A stretch of DNA of 63,143 nucleotides, the filler included, from Perkinsus chesapeaki ATCC PRA-425 (Eukaryota > Protista > Perkinsozoa): NCBI GenBank assembly GCA_013115145.1. It is 6 parts of 6 records of this genome, joined end to end, with 100 filler letters (N's around TTAATTAATTAA, not from the genome) between each part and the next. Parts side by side here need not be neighbours in the genome. Positions count along the whole stretch, not along the records: positions 1 to 11,013 come from JAAPAO010000863.1; 5 more parts are not named here. One strand, given 5' to 3'. How positions within the stretch are numbered: the stretch's first letter is position 1; every line of letters starts with the position of its first letter. Below the pieces are notes generated by a model. It saw only the letters and a list, made by a program, of their open reading frames with translations, did not search any database and was not told the origin of the DNA. Of the stretch, positions 1-11,113 are shown piece by piece. A program made the position numbers and the translations under genes.

Positions 1-16
1 TCTGTGTGAAGGTTGA

Positions 17-38
17 ACCGTAGCCTATTTGGCTCAAG
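17..38 (+). other. Spliced-leader (SL)-like 22-mer, either a relic SL or a variant SL-RNA exon
   Basis: ACCGTAGCCTATTTGGCTCAAG matches the dinoflagellate SL DCCGTAGCCATTTTGGCTCAAG at 20/22 and the Perkinsus SL ACCGTAGCCATCTTGGCTCAAG at 19/22 (consensus sequences recalled from the literature). It is followed directly by GT. Confidence 0.8.
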
Positions 39-2496
39 GTCTCAGTTCTTTTTATAGTATTTTCTCTTCAACTTCCCCCTATCGCGTCGAGTTATACAGT
101 TTGGTATGGAAGATACTAACAATAGCAAGTTCCTTGTTCGAACACAGTCCCAGACTGGTTAGCAGTTGTTTGGACACTGGTAGCATGTGGAACACGGAAT
201 GTCGGATGACGGGCGTCCTCAGTACCAGATACCAAATGAGAAGCCATCAAATAGAAGCACGGTAATGACCAACACAATAGTGGCAGACGATTGTTCATGC
301 TCTTTATTAGTAGGATTAACTTAGTCAAAAGGAGCTACGAAGAACAAGTACCAAGATTTAAGAACGAACTTCCGACTCGTAGAAAATAGGCATCTAGTGC
401 AAGACATATCCAAGTTAATGAGGAGAACCAGCAGCAGGAACGCGTATCCACTTAAGCTACTAAAGCCACATAAACAAAAAGTCGGACAATTCACGCCCTG
501 AAGAATAGGTCACGCCACGACTTGTGACCGAGACGTTTGTATCCGTTTTGAGTCTGCTACTGTAGGCCTTTTTTGATTAATTGCCGTTTCGCCCTGGTGA
601 TCCGGACTACTTACGTAACAACTTGAGCATCATCTTACGCTGTAATGTTTTCTAAGGCATGATCTGTGCAGGAGATCTGTTCCGAGATTCTGACATGAGT
701 ATCTTCCAACAGACCGGTTGCTTTATGACCCTCTTTGTCCCCATAGGCTACAATTGCCATAGTTTGGAATAATGATAAAAGGCTTATCACCAGATGAGGT
801 GTCGATGCTATTGAGCTCTCCAAGCAGAGCAAAGGCTAATGCCTTCATAGGATTCATATTGCTACAGACTGACAAATGACACGTGTGTCGACAGTGGAGA
901 CAGATTTTTTGTCGACTCGACACAAAATCTGTCTCCTCTTCCTTGTATTTTTCAAAATAGTCTGATCGAAACAGCACACTTGATATTCTGTTCATAACGG
1001 GGTTTGAATCACTCTCGAGTACTCTCCACTGTCGAGCATATTAATGAACGTCGAGCCTCCAAGTCCTTTATAAACTTCACATTCGCTCTTCACCTGAAGA
1101 CAACATATAAGTACGCGACTTCATCAATCCTCAGCCTTGGGCACCTCACCAGCAGTCTCATCGACATCTAACTCCCTCAGACTCTTGAAAGGGCGTAGCA
1201 TGCCCACTAGAGCGAAAACATCCTTCCCACCATGGACCTAAGCTGCTGAGTGGAGAGTACGTAGAGTGTGTCCCTAGGCTGCAGCACTTTGACAACAAAG
1301 GTCCACTTTCTAGGTTTGAATCGGCCATTTCCATTGACGACCAGAGCAGTTACTGGCCAGTTCTCTTGCAAGACCTCACAAGTGCAGCAGTATTGACGAG
1401 GGACCACCGTGACGGTCAATGCCTCGATGAGGACATCAGCCTCAGCTGGGTCCTAAAGATGACTGCAGTGCACTGGCAATAAATACTAAGGAATGTCTAT
1501 AACTATCATGTATATAACTTTCTGATCAGGGCATGATGCAACTATCATCAACGACAAAGGCAAAATAAAATGAAAGCACCCGCATGCTCATCGCCTCACC
1601 GAAGAGGTGCAGCACCTCAACGAAAGCAGCTTTCGTTGCTCAACAAATTGCTTGACGGAGGACTCAGGCTCGATGGAGACTCGACCATCCCGAGCCTAGA
1701 GAGCTACCGCTCAAATACGAGATTTTCAATGACTCTCCTCAGCAGTATGAAACAATAAAATGGCCACAGGATCGTAAGACGATGTCTCGCGGCAGCGACT
1801 GACATGCTTTATCTCAGCCATGGACCCTAAAGGATGCCAAAGCCATAACAGAGTGAGGTTCGAATCGTCTGAGAACGAAGGAGCATGTTACTGTGTTCTA
1901 CAAGTGCCCAACACACTGACATGTCTGAACCGACCAAAAAACGGCGAGTTTATCTACTTCAATGCAGTTGAGTTGGAGAGTTATTCTAGGACGGTAAAGC
2001 TGTGCTTTCAGGCCAACGCTGCTTCGGCTAAGTAACTGAGGTGTGTATTCCAATTGTACTTAGTAACTTTTCTACATCGATTTTTTGGTGAAGTCGCGCG
2101 ACAGGGCGAAGAGTACAGAAGTTTAGGTCTGAACACCGTGATACTTGCAGGCAAGAGTGCGTCTGGTCTCAGTGGTCTGTGCAGCAAGAACTATCACACC
2201 AGAAAACGAACCGCGGCTACTGCAACGGTGGTTCACCGATTCCATCACTCGACAAGATATGATGTTCTAGGCCTAAGGATTCCAAAAGGTGGTCTCGTAG
2301 TGAATAACACCAGGTTCACTAATAGTTCAGTTCATTCCCGTCTCCAGATATTGAATAACCAAACCACAAATATAGTATACAGTGAACTACCAATAGATAC
2401 TGAGAATGGTCAGTAGAGAAGTATTATAATATTATGAATGTGCGACCCGCACAGTGCGAGTACAATTTAACAAAACTATCTCTAAGATATCATAGC

Positions 2497-2911
2497 TCAG
2501 AACACAATTGCACAATGCATTGGATCATTCATCGCAGGCCTCTCGGTCCGAGCCTCGGACTTCGATGGCGGGATGAGGACGACAAGCAGATGTACAACCT
2601 CTGATCTACACAAGTGATGGTTCCGGAAACGGGCCCGTAAGGCATATCTCAAGCACAGTAACACACTGCGTTTAACGCATTCGGGTCGCGATATAAACGA
2701 TACGTCAATCCAAGAGAAACTTTCTCTGAGAAAGCCGTACTTTAAGGTCTTCGATTGCAACAGGTTCTGTAATGAGATACAGCTGACCAACATATACACC
2801 ATGAACGGAGGTAGCTCGCGTGAAAGCAGCCCCAATGAACGGTAGACAAACTTCGAGATGGATTAGCATAATCATCACTGTGAAAGATGAGGCGAGCTTT
2901 TGCATATTCAA
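2497..2911 (-). pseudogene. Possible frameshifted gene for a secreted protein
   Basis: ORF 2705-2911 has a signal-peptide-like start (MQKLASSFTVMIMLIHLEVCLPFIGAA) and overlaps ORF 2497-2835 in another frame. No family recognised. Confidence 0.25.
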
Positions 2912-3816
2912 TGAATATTATTTATTTTGTCAGACTCGTCAGGAGCGTGACGCTCCGAGCGTCACGGAGCATGTGAAGGGCGAGCGATAAATGGGTGTCT
3001 AATGAATGAACGGTTATCGACGTTATCTACAGTAGTCTACATAAAAACGTTCTATACGAACAAACAATACGATAATCATCATGATGTTATTCATCGTTCA
3101 TTCAATCATTGTTCCTCATCATCACTGAAGTTTCCCACCAAGGGTAGCTTTCATAGGTGTTGTTGTATCCACGGCGATGCAACTTGAGGTCAACTCGACA
3201 GCTAAGTTTAAGCTGAAGGGGTTAGATGGTATGCTATGCGTGGATGGAATAATACGACCCACTCCTCAAAGTGAGAAGCGCGAAAACTGCAAGGGATATG
3301 GATAGGAATCAGCCTACGAGTACCTCGGTCCATAACTCATCAGTACTGTATGTTTCCTCAAGCTTCTACGGCATCGACTTCATCACCCACGGTCCACTCG
3401 TATCTCCGGATGGAGTGCGCCGCCGCCCAGCGCGCCGCGCCCTCAGCTATCACTCTCAGCTATCAGCCCGAGCTAGCGCCGTGTTGCAGAGTTTGCTGAG
3501 TTGGCAGTAGTGGAACATTCCGCAATCTTTCACCACTCAAATATGTTTGGATTTCTCGTTCCTCGCTCGCAGTGGTGCACGCGAAGTTTACCCTCGCACT
3601 CGTTTGGACTAGTGAGGGTTTATGCGGGAAGTTTCGCGATTGATACCCTCGGGAATGTTGTACAGTAGGAAAAATCCTGAAAACTAGGGGTTGTCATCAT
3701 TTTTGGAACACAAATTGTTCCCAGTACTCCCACTGGTCACTATGGTTTTTCTGACTCAGTAATACTTTCCATCATAGGCTCCGTTACGTTTGCTGACGGC
3801 GGGCTCAGTTGTAAAA

Positions 3817-4275
3817 ATGACAGCAATTGAAACGTTGATCCTCATCGTGGTCTACTGCGCTGCTTTAATCGACTCATCGGCTAATGCCAGCTCGCACGTG
3901 ACATCCAGCACACTCACTACGAGATTACTACATCCATTCAAGGCGACATATCTAAACTGGGATGTATCGCTCCATGATGAGATTCGCTTCACCAAAGCGA
4001 TGGGGGGCTTCGTCGACTTCTTTTCACACGAGGGACGACTGCCCCGTACAGTTTATGGGTGTGGCTATTCCGCCAGACAGGAATCCCCACGAGTATTCAT
4101 CACTTTAGATGATGGATGTAAGTTGCTGGTTAACGAGTCTAATGGCTACTATGATATGAGGCTTATGAATGGAATAATTATCGAGTTTTCTTATCAGCTC
4201 CTTAAGGTTCCAAGAGCAAACAGATCGTATGATGAGTATTCCTTGTATATACAGGATGATGGAGTGACAGTTTGA
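3817..4275 (+). CDS. Small secreted hypothetical protein, about 152 aa, intronless
   Basis: ATG at 3817 in an AAAAATG context. Hydrophobic N-terminus MTAIETLILIVVYCAALIDSSANA, then an open globular-looking frame with two Cys. Confidence 0.65.
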   Translation: MTAIETLILIVVYCAALIDSSANASSHVTSSTLTTRLLHPFKATYLNWDVSLHDEIRFTKAMGGFVDFFSHEGRLPRTVYGCGYSARQESPRVFITLDDGCKLLVNESNGYYDMRLMNGIIIEFSYQLLKVPRANRSYDEYSLYIQDDGVTV

Positions 4276-4958
4276 AACTGACAAAACCTCTGTCGAGTGA
4301 CTCGTCTCGTTGTCCAGTGGCCGGTTACATCATTAGTGTTATCGATATCGGACGGTTGTGGGGGAGTGAAATTCCTAGCTGTTTGCGAGACTGCTTCGAC
4401 GAGGCACTTACTCGTATATCAGTCCATTCCCTGTAGCCTACAGGCTGTGGGTCTTATTAATATACATTAGATAATAGCCATTAGATGTAGTCTTTTAGTC
4501 TTAAGTGCCACCTTCGCGTCGAGTTAATGTCGAAAGGATTACGAATATCACCACCTTTTGACAGCTTAGCTGTCACAGCTACACTTCACGACCTATGTTA
4601 CAAGACTACTGTAGTGCTACACGCCATAATCTGGACTCCCTGAATAGGGTTTATCCAAAGTGGCGACTCCGAGTCGCCGACTCGCCAGTGGCGAGATCCG
4701 AGAGAATCACTGGGAGCCGGAGCGGACGGCCCCTGAGAGTTAATGCCAGACCGAAAGGCAGGGGCTTTGTTTTAATACAATTCCCATCTCTTATAATGAT
4801 TGACAATGAATAATCTCTACGTCTTAAAGACAGAGTAAGCATAATGTGGATTCGATACGAAACCTGAACTCGATACGCAAGACTCCTCGGAAGAAACGAA
4901 AAGCTCTTGAATGATATCGCCAAATATCACAGAGTGTGAATCTCTACCGAATGATATT

Positions 4959-5900
4959 TCATCGATCGAATATTTTACACACTGGCGTTTCCCGAAAGAC
5001 ACGTTGATTTCGAGGCATCTCGGTTGTCTCAGTCTCATTTGAGCTTTCCTCAGTGCTCCAGGCAACACGCTTGAGGAGATTCATGCTTCTTACACGTTCG
5101 CCACTGCGCCAGGACTCTTCTAGACCAGCCAATCTCTCATCCAGGATAACATAGCCATTCTCGAGTAAGCTCTCTTTGATGACATAAGCTGCAACTTCCA
5201 GTAATATTTCTTGCATATCCTTTTTCTCGAATCCGACGATCGAACTAAGTGCCGAGTTCGGCAAGACCATCATTTGCGGACCGAAATACTCTCCCGGAAA
5301 ATCCGTAGTTGCCAACAACGATGCATCCAGAGCACACCATAGGAAGGTCCCGAGCATACTCAGTGGGACCGCTGACATCATCGGGAACAGGGGCCGCAAT
5401 CTTGCGTCGGTCACAAGGAACATAGGATGCACGTCTAATATCAAATTATTATTTGCCGCATACTCTTTAACACCGTTAACGGCCTCTTCAAATGTACAAA
5501 GTTCCTTCTGGCGCATTGATGCCAATACACAACGTAGGTTTTCGTTTGGTCTGTAAAGCTTCGGCCGTCGTAGCTCGGAAAATATTGGCATCGGCTTCGA
5601 CAAAGTGGGATCCTCCGGTGAAATAGCTGCCCGGCCCAGTGTGATCAAAGGAGAGAGCATAGCAGGTAGCTCTTCGTAATGGACTACACCGTCTCTACCG
5701 AAGATATTCGCTAATTTCTGGTCGGTTTGAAATGTCCCTCGAGGTCTCTTCAAACCGTGCAATCTGGCGTATCCCCAAATTGAAGTGTACAGGTGTGATA
5801 GTGTGCACTCGCTCTGACCGATGATACCACGAAGGCCTCGTGATGTTATGGTGTAGATAGTTTGACCAGGCATCGACAGATCCGAAAAATAGTACTGCAC
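4959..5900 (-). CDS. Protein with three tandem SWIB/MDM2-like domains; 5' exons may extend to about 6404
   Basis: Three repeats fit the SWIB pattern: SRGLRGIIG..IWGYARLHGLKRP..TDQKLANIFG; PNENLRCVL..VKEYAANNNL..TDARLRPLF; PNSALSSIVG..VAAYVIKESL..LDERLAGL. Confidence 0.8.
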   Translation of the reverse strand: MQYYFSDLSMPGQTIYTITSRGLRGIIGQSECTLSHLYTSIWGYARLHGLKRPRGTFQTDQKLANIFGRDGVVHYEELPAMLSPLITLGRAAISPEDPTLSKPMPIFSELRRPKLYRPNENLRCVLASMRQKELCTFEEAVNGVKEYAANNNLILDVHPMFLVTDARLRPLFPMMSAVPLSMLGTFLWCALDASLLATTDFPGEYFGPQMMVLPNSALSSIVGFEKKDMQEILLEVAAYVIKESLLENGYVILDERLAGLEESWRSGERVRSMNLLKRVAWSTEESSNETETTEMPRNQRVFRETPVCKIFDR

Positions 5901-8900
5901 AGCTGCACAGCACTAGTGCCAATCCACGCCAGGGCAAAAATGGTCCCGATACTAGACTGCACATCCTCGATTCAACTCGAGATAGGCATTTCGCTTGGAA
6001 TCTTGATTTGCAACCCTCCGACACTCTCAACATCAACTCAAATCTGCAAAATGAGTCAGAGAAAGGGCAATTCAAACAACATGTTCATTTGAGTAGTCTC
6101 TTTCGGATTTCACCCATTACTGAGAGATGTGACTGAGAGATGTGCATTTCTGCAAAGGGGTGAATCATCAATCTAGATCATCGTTTGTTTCTCGGACTGT
6201 ACTACTCGAGTTCGGATCAACTTTACCCGAGCAGCAAACCTTCAGAACGAGGTTATCTCAGAAGACAGGAATCTTGCAAGAAGTCTTACCATATGCCCGC
6301 ACGAGTACATGGTCCAGCTCGCCAGAATCGACTGAGTCGATTCGACTCAATTTCTCGTATAGTTCCAGCGGGTTGAATCGCAAGCGGAGCCATAGCTTTC
6401 GCATACAATCCGGACACAAATGAGATGGTAACTAACGGTGAAGTGCGTCTAAGAGGCTGCACATTTCAAATTCTAAGTGACTTCATTGCATGATCAAACC
6501 AATCCAAGGTGTATGATACATTCATTATGCACTTGTAAAGTGACAGTGTTGCATTTTAAGAGAATGAAAAATCTGAGAAGAATATTGCCGGATAACACCA
6601 TGGATCGCCATTATTTTCAGCCACCCTGCTTGGACCGTCGGACTGCGGTAAGGCCAGACGTTCCGAGGGTTCTAAAGTTATAGATAAATCCCTGGTTTAG
6701 AAATTGTGGATGACATTCAAGTGTGGAGTTTATTGTTCGGGTACGACTTCGCTTCTCTTCAAATTCTCGTCTTATCCACCTCTCCACCAGCAATCCTATA
6801 TAGCATCCGATTTTCACTGTCTCTTATGTTAAATGCGACACTTGATTTTTTTAGATTAGCACATTTCGTGGCTGAGTATTGGCTAATGCAGACAGCCGGT
6901 CTCTAGCGGCTAGAGTCTAGCGGCTCCCAGCGACGCGTCCAGTGTAACAGCCGAGAGATTCTCGTAGTTAGGGAAGCTAGTAGTGCTGTAACATTGAACA
7001 CAGATTTACCACGTCCCGGTTTCTTGAGGTGAGCGTACCAACATCGAATCAAAACTAGACTCACGTTCTGCGCCGCCGCTTTAAAGGTTCTTTCGATTAG
7101 ATGCCCACTGGATGATGGAGTGAAGGTCAGTTTGTTCAGTGACAGCAGTGCAACCCAGGAAGCTTTCTCCGTAGGAGGGCGAATTGCAGCTGGACCCATC
7201 GCGCAATATGTACATGCGCACATGGTGGTAGCCGTTGCTGAGGAGGAATGAATCACTGGTCTTTCCCTCAACCATTTCAACGAAATTCCAATCGACAGCA
7301 TTGCCGTACACATTGGACCCAATACTATCGAAAAGCTTATGTACTCATTTCTCTTGCTTGTTGACGGGAGGACGTGTCCCGGCCTGGTCACCCATATGAG
7401 ATGGGTCATGACTGAGCAGTATTGACTGTACTAGGTTATATGCTCCGTGCTTGGCGTATCGAAGGGAGGCAAAACAAAAAGGTAGTCGACTCCCAAAGCA
7501 ATATCATCCCATGGCGTACGCAAATCCTACGATGCGTACAGGCTGTATGGTACAGCTGTTGTGTGAGTTGCACAACAATGGAATCTTAGCTCAGCTTGAC
7601 GCTAGTATTGCTGTTAATGTACTGACTCAAGATGAGATTCTCAGATTCTTATCTCACATTCGTTTCTTGAGTTCCCTGATGGTTAACAGCAGCATATCTT
7701 CTGGGAACCGTCCGGCAGGCAACGCTACCGTAAACCCCCCCAAAAGCGAGCACATCCGAAAACCCTTACTGGATCACTCAGCCATTTCAAATGGCCCATT
7801 TGCCATCTACTGATCAGACCAACTCGGTGCAGCAGTCTCATATCGCTCTGCAATACTTGCTGAAGCCTATCCTGGGCAACAAAAGTCTGAACCATAATTC
7901 TCAATATAGCCATCCCAGCTCAAATGAGAGCAGTGATGTGCCGGTCCGCAAACAGCCGGAGTCATGTTTGCCCCATATGAGTGACCCCACGGCGAACTCG
8001 TGACCCACCCTCACATGATTGACAAAGTTGTGCCACATGATCTCCGACGCCGAACGGGCAATTGTTCGCGCCTTCATCACGGAGACCTCCGCCGACGGGA
8101 AGAAGACCACCAAGAAGTCATGCAGATATGGTACGACTTCGGCCATCCTATCGACATCATCAGCAGTACTCGTTATAATATACTGATTAAATAAGATACG
8201 AAGTGTGATGGGAATGCTTTACTGGACCTACTTGTATGTGGCGATTTGAGAGAGATGAGTCGGCCAGATTGCGCTTGAAGTCGTCAAAGGATTCACCGTA
8301 TTGCTCGCAGTGAGTCACCTGAGATAGGGAAATGTCACTTAATAGGGCAATCGATTAGAAGAAGAACAGAGGCTCCTTCTTGAGCTCTGGACTCTCAACT
8401 CCACTGAGTAAAATGGCGTCAGTGGCATTTTGAAGAATCTGCGATTCAACGCACGGTGAATGACCAGAAAGCCAGTTAACAGAAATTGGATGAGTCACAT
8501 TTCGGGCGAAAATTAAATACAAGTGGGCAGCCACAAACAGTCTCACAAGTCTCCCGTCATGGCCGTCGTCTCCAGCGATGTCAGGCGTCTAACACGCTCA
8601 CAAAGTAAGCAGACAAACAGTCAAGCTTGAGTTGAGGACTTGAGATGCCTAGCAGTAACGACCCGCCAGCCAAGATGGGCGGACAGCAATCGATCATCTG
8701 GGCGCGCGCGTTCTTAAGATGCGCTAACTTGAGATCTGACATTTTCGTAATTTATCGCACATTGAACAATTCTTATGCTACGGATGGCTGTATAGTAAGA
8801 TGGAGCTTTGGAAGATGGTATAAGCCTATTACGAAGGATATCCTTCCAAGTGGTGATTGAATCGGCCGCTCCTGACGGTATGTAGTCGCCACCGTGCCGG

Positions 8901-9019
8901 CTGCCGTCAGAGTGGGTCCTGCAACTGATAGGCCACCTGTTGAAATCGAAAGATTCAGAATAGGTTGATTCGTTGACCTCCTTCGTTGAGCTTCGATATT
9001 CAGGCTATTTTTATTCGTA

Positions 9020-10083
9020 ATGTCTGCAGTCCAAGCCACCAGCACCGTCGCAGCCAAGGTCGCCAGCCGCTTCATTCCCCTCTTGGACCGCGTCCTAGTT
9101 CAGAAACTTCGGTGAGTCACATCGCTCTTGATTTCAACGACGTTATCGCCTCTGGGATCTCCCCTTCGCGATTTTTTTGAAACACAGCATTCCCTTTATC
9201 GTATATAACTTAACCTTCATTCCCCTTTATCGTATATAACTTAACCTTCATTCCCCTTTATCGTATATAACTTAACCTTCATTCCCCTTTATCGTNNNNN
9301 NNNNNNNNNNNNNNNNNNNNNNNNNNNNNNNNNNNNNNNNNNNNNNNNNNNNNNNNNNNNNNNNNNNNNNNNNNNNNNNNNNNNNNNNNNNNNNTATATA
9401 ATTTAACCTTCATTTGCCGCTCCGCCCGGTCTCTAAGCCGTATTGTATGATACCCTATTCCCTATGTATCACTCTTCAGCGTCGAGTCCAAGACAGCGAC
9501 CGGTGTCTTCTTGCCCGAGGCCGCTAAGCCTACCATCAATCAAGCTGTTGTTATGGCGGTCGGTACTGGTAGAATTCTCAACGATGGAACTAAGGTGAGT
9601 CTTTGGCGGGCCGTTGATCTCCTTGGATACTTTGTGGCTTGTTGTTTTCCCAATGAACTTCTCGTTGCGATCTTAAGAGCTCCTTTCAAGTCATCATCAC
9701 CTCGCCCATGAATGCTGGAATGACGTGCAGACAGTAGACATGCAGTCATGCTCAACAGAAATGAACTTGTTATTCATTGTAGGATCCTTTTAGAACTTAG
9801 TGATTAATGTTACTGCAATGTAGAACCGATTAGCTACTCCACAATTGAGCACATGTGCAACTCTAGGAAGTCAGTGAAACAACTCTTGCTGAAGTTTGCC
9901 CACACTGTTACCTGTTCAAATTGCTCCTAGGTGCCGATCTCGGTCCAGCCCGGCGATAAAGTGATTATCCCCGAGTTTGGCGGCATGAACTTGAAGTTGG
10001 ACGGTGAGGACTTCCAGGTCTTCCGAGATGACGATATTGTTGGCAAAATCGTGACTCCCGCGGCGGCCAACGAGACAGCTTAG
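9020..10083 (+). CDS. HSP10: 10 kDa chaperonin (Cpn10/GroES family), join(9020..9111,9480..9594,9931..10083), 119 aa
   Basis: Spliced product contains FIPLLDRVLVQK..SKTATGVFLPE..AVVMAVGTGR..VQPGDKVIIPEFGGMNLKLDGEDFQVFRDDDIVG. Both introns are GT-AG and the frame is kept. Confidence 0.95.
9188..9411. repeat. 31-bp minisatellite in Cpn10 intron 1, spanning an N-gap (9296-9393)
   Basis: Unit CATTCCCCTTTATCGTATATAACTTAACCTT, about 3.5 copies before the gap and a partial copy after it. Confidence 0.9.
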
Positions 10084-10690
10084 AGCAGTGAGTTTCCGAG
10101 AAGTGAAATAAACCCTAGAATGCCCCAACAGTTTCTTTATTTCGGCGGGGTCTCTGAGTTGGTCAATTCGATACGGGTATGTCTGGTACCGGGCTGGCTC
10201 GTTATTAGACTCGTCGTGTATGTTGGTTCTCCAGAAGGTCCTTGTCGGTAAAACTGTGGAGGATTGGAAGTCCCTCTTCACGTGTATATCTGAGTTGTTA
10301 ATACAATCGAGAAGGTGATCCTTCGAAGGAGGACGGGTTTCCTCGGCAGCTCAGTGACGCCGTTGAGTAGACGATCATCGATGAGAACGGATTGAGGGCA
10401 ATCTGGCTTTTCTGGGGGTCGAGGCTGCAGACAATGTCTCGGACGGTAGAGGGATAGAGAAAGATCGAAGTGCGGAGTGGTGCGTTCCAAGCTTCATGTG
10501 AGATATCTCGGAATAGCGGATTTGCATAACGGTTTGGTTCGCGCTGCAGCTTGAGAGCAGCGCAGATTCATTATAAGGATGTCTTCTGGGCGGCGGTCAG
10601 TTGGCTTCGGAGGGGGTGGAAGAACGATCAGTCTCGCGTCTATCGGTTGTTGTTGTTGTTGAGAATGTCTACGAGTTCAGCGGTCGAGGA
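10080..10690 (-). CDS. Probable 3' exons of a hypothetical gene converging on Cpn10
   Basis: Open segments (PRPPEKPDCPQSVLIDDRLLNGVTELPRKP; TRTFWRTNIHDESNNEPARYQTYPY) flanked by plausible AG acceptors. Structure unresolved. Confidence 0.3.
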
Positions 10691-11013
10691 AATCGACTTG
10701 TGAACTTTTACTCGAAAGATCGTTAAATGGATTTCGGGCGTGTTCGACTCGAAAGTCCAATCTGGAATTCTGCTCTTGAATAGTCCCTATGTCTTTTCTT
10801 TGTGTGGCTGAGCAGTTGAATGGCTGCAGTTGATTCATTTATAATGCCATCGGAGTTCAGCGAAGCATGATTACGGTAATAGTGGGGGGGGGGGGGGGGG
10901 GGGGGGAAGGGGGCATGGCAACTGTTAGGGGCGTGGGGGGGGGGTGCGGGCGTGAGCTAACGTTTGTTGTTGGAATGGAAAGGTTTGCGTTATTGGATGG
11001 GGGGGATGTTGGG

Positions 11014-11113
11014 NNNNNNNNNNNNNNNNNNNNNNNNNNNNNNNNNNNNNNNNNNNNTTAATTAATTAANNNNNNNNNNNNNNNNNNNNNNNNNNNNNNN
11101 NNNNNNNNNNNNN
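11014..11113. other. Assembly spacer with six-frame-stop linker
   Basis: 44 N + TTAATTAATTAA (11058-11069) + 44 N. Artificial join. Confidence 0.97.

Noticed and set aside
600-1440. Minus-strand fragments suggesting a hAT transposase (LVGMLRPFKSL) or an aspartic protease (NMLDSGE)
   Set aside because: Only isolated short motifs in broken frames, and the two readings conflict.
6500-8200. Several 60-170 aa ORFs on both strands
   Set aside because: No recognisable motif or consistent splice model. They could be pseudogene debris or upstream exons of the SWIB gene.
10880-11013. Poly-G tracts as a G-quadruplex or telomere-like signal
   Set aside because: They lie at a contig end and look like low-quality trace sequence.
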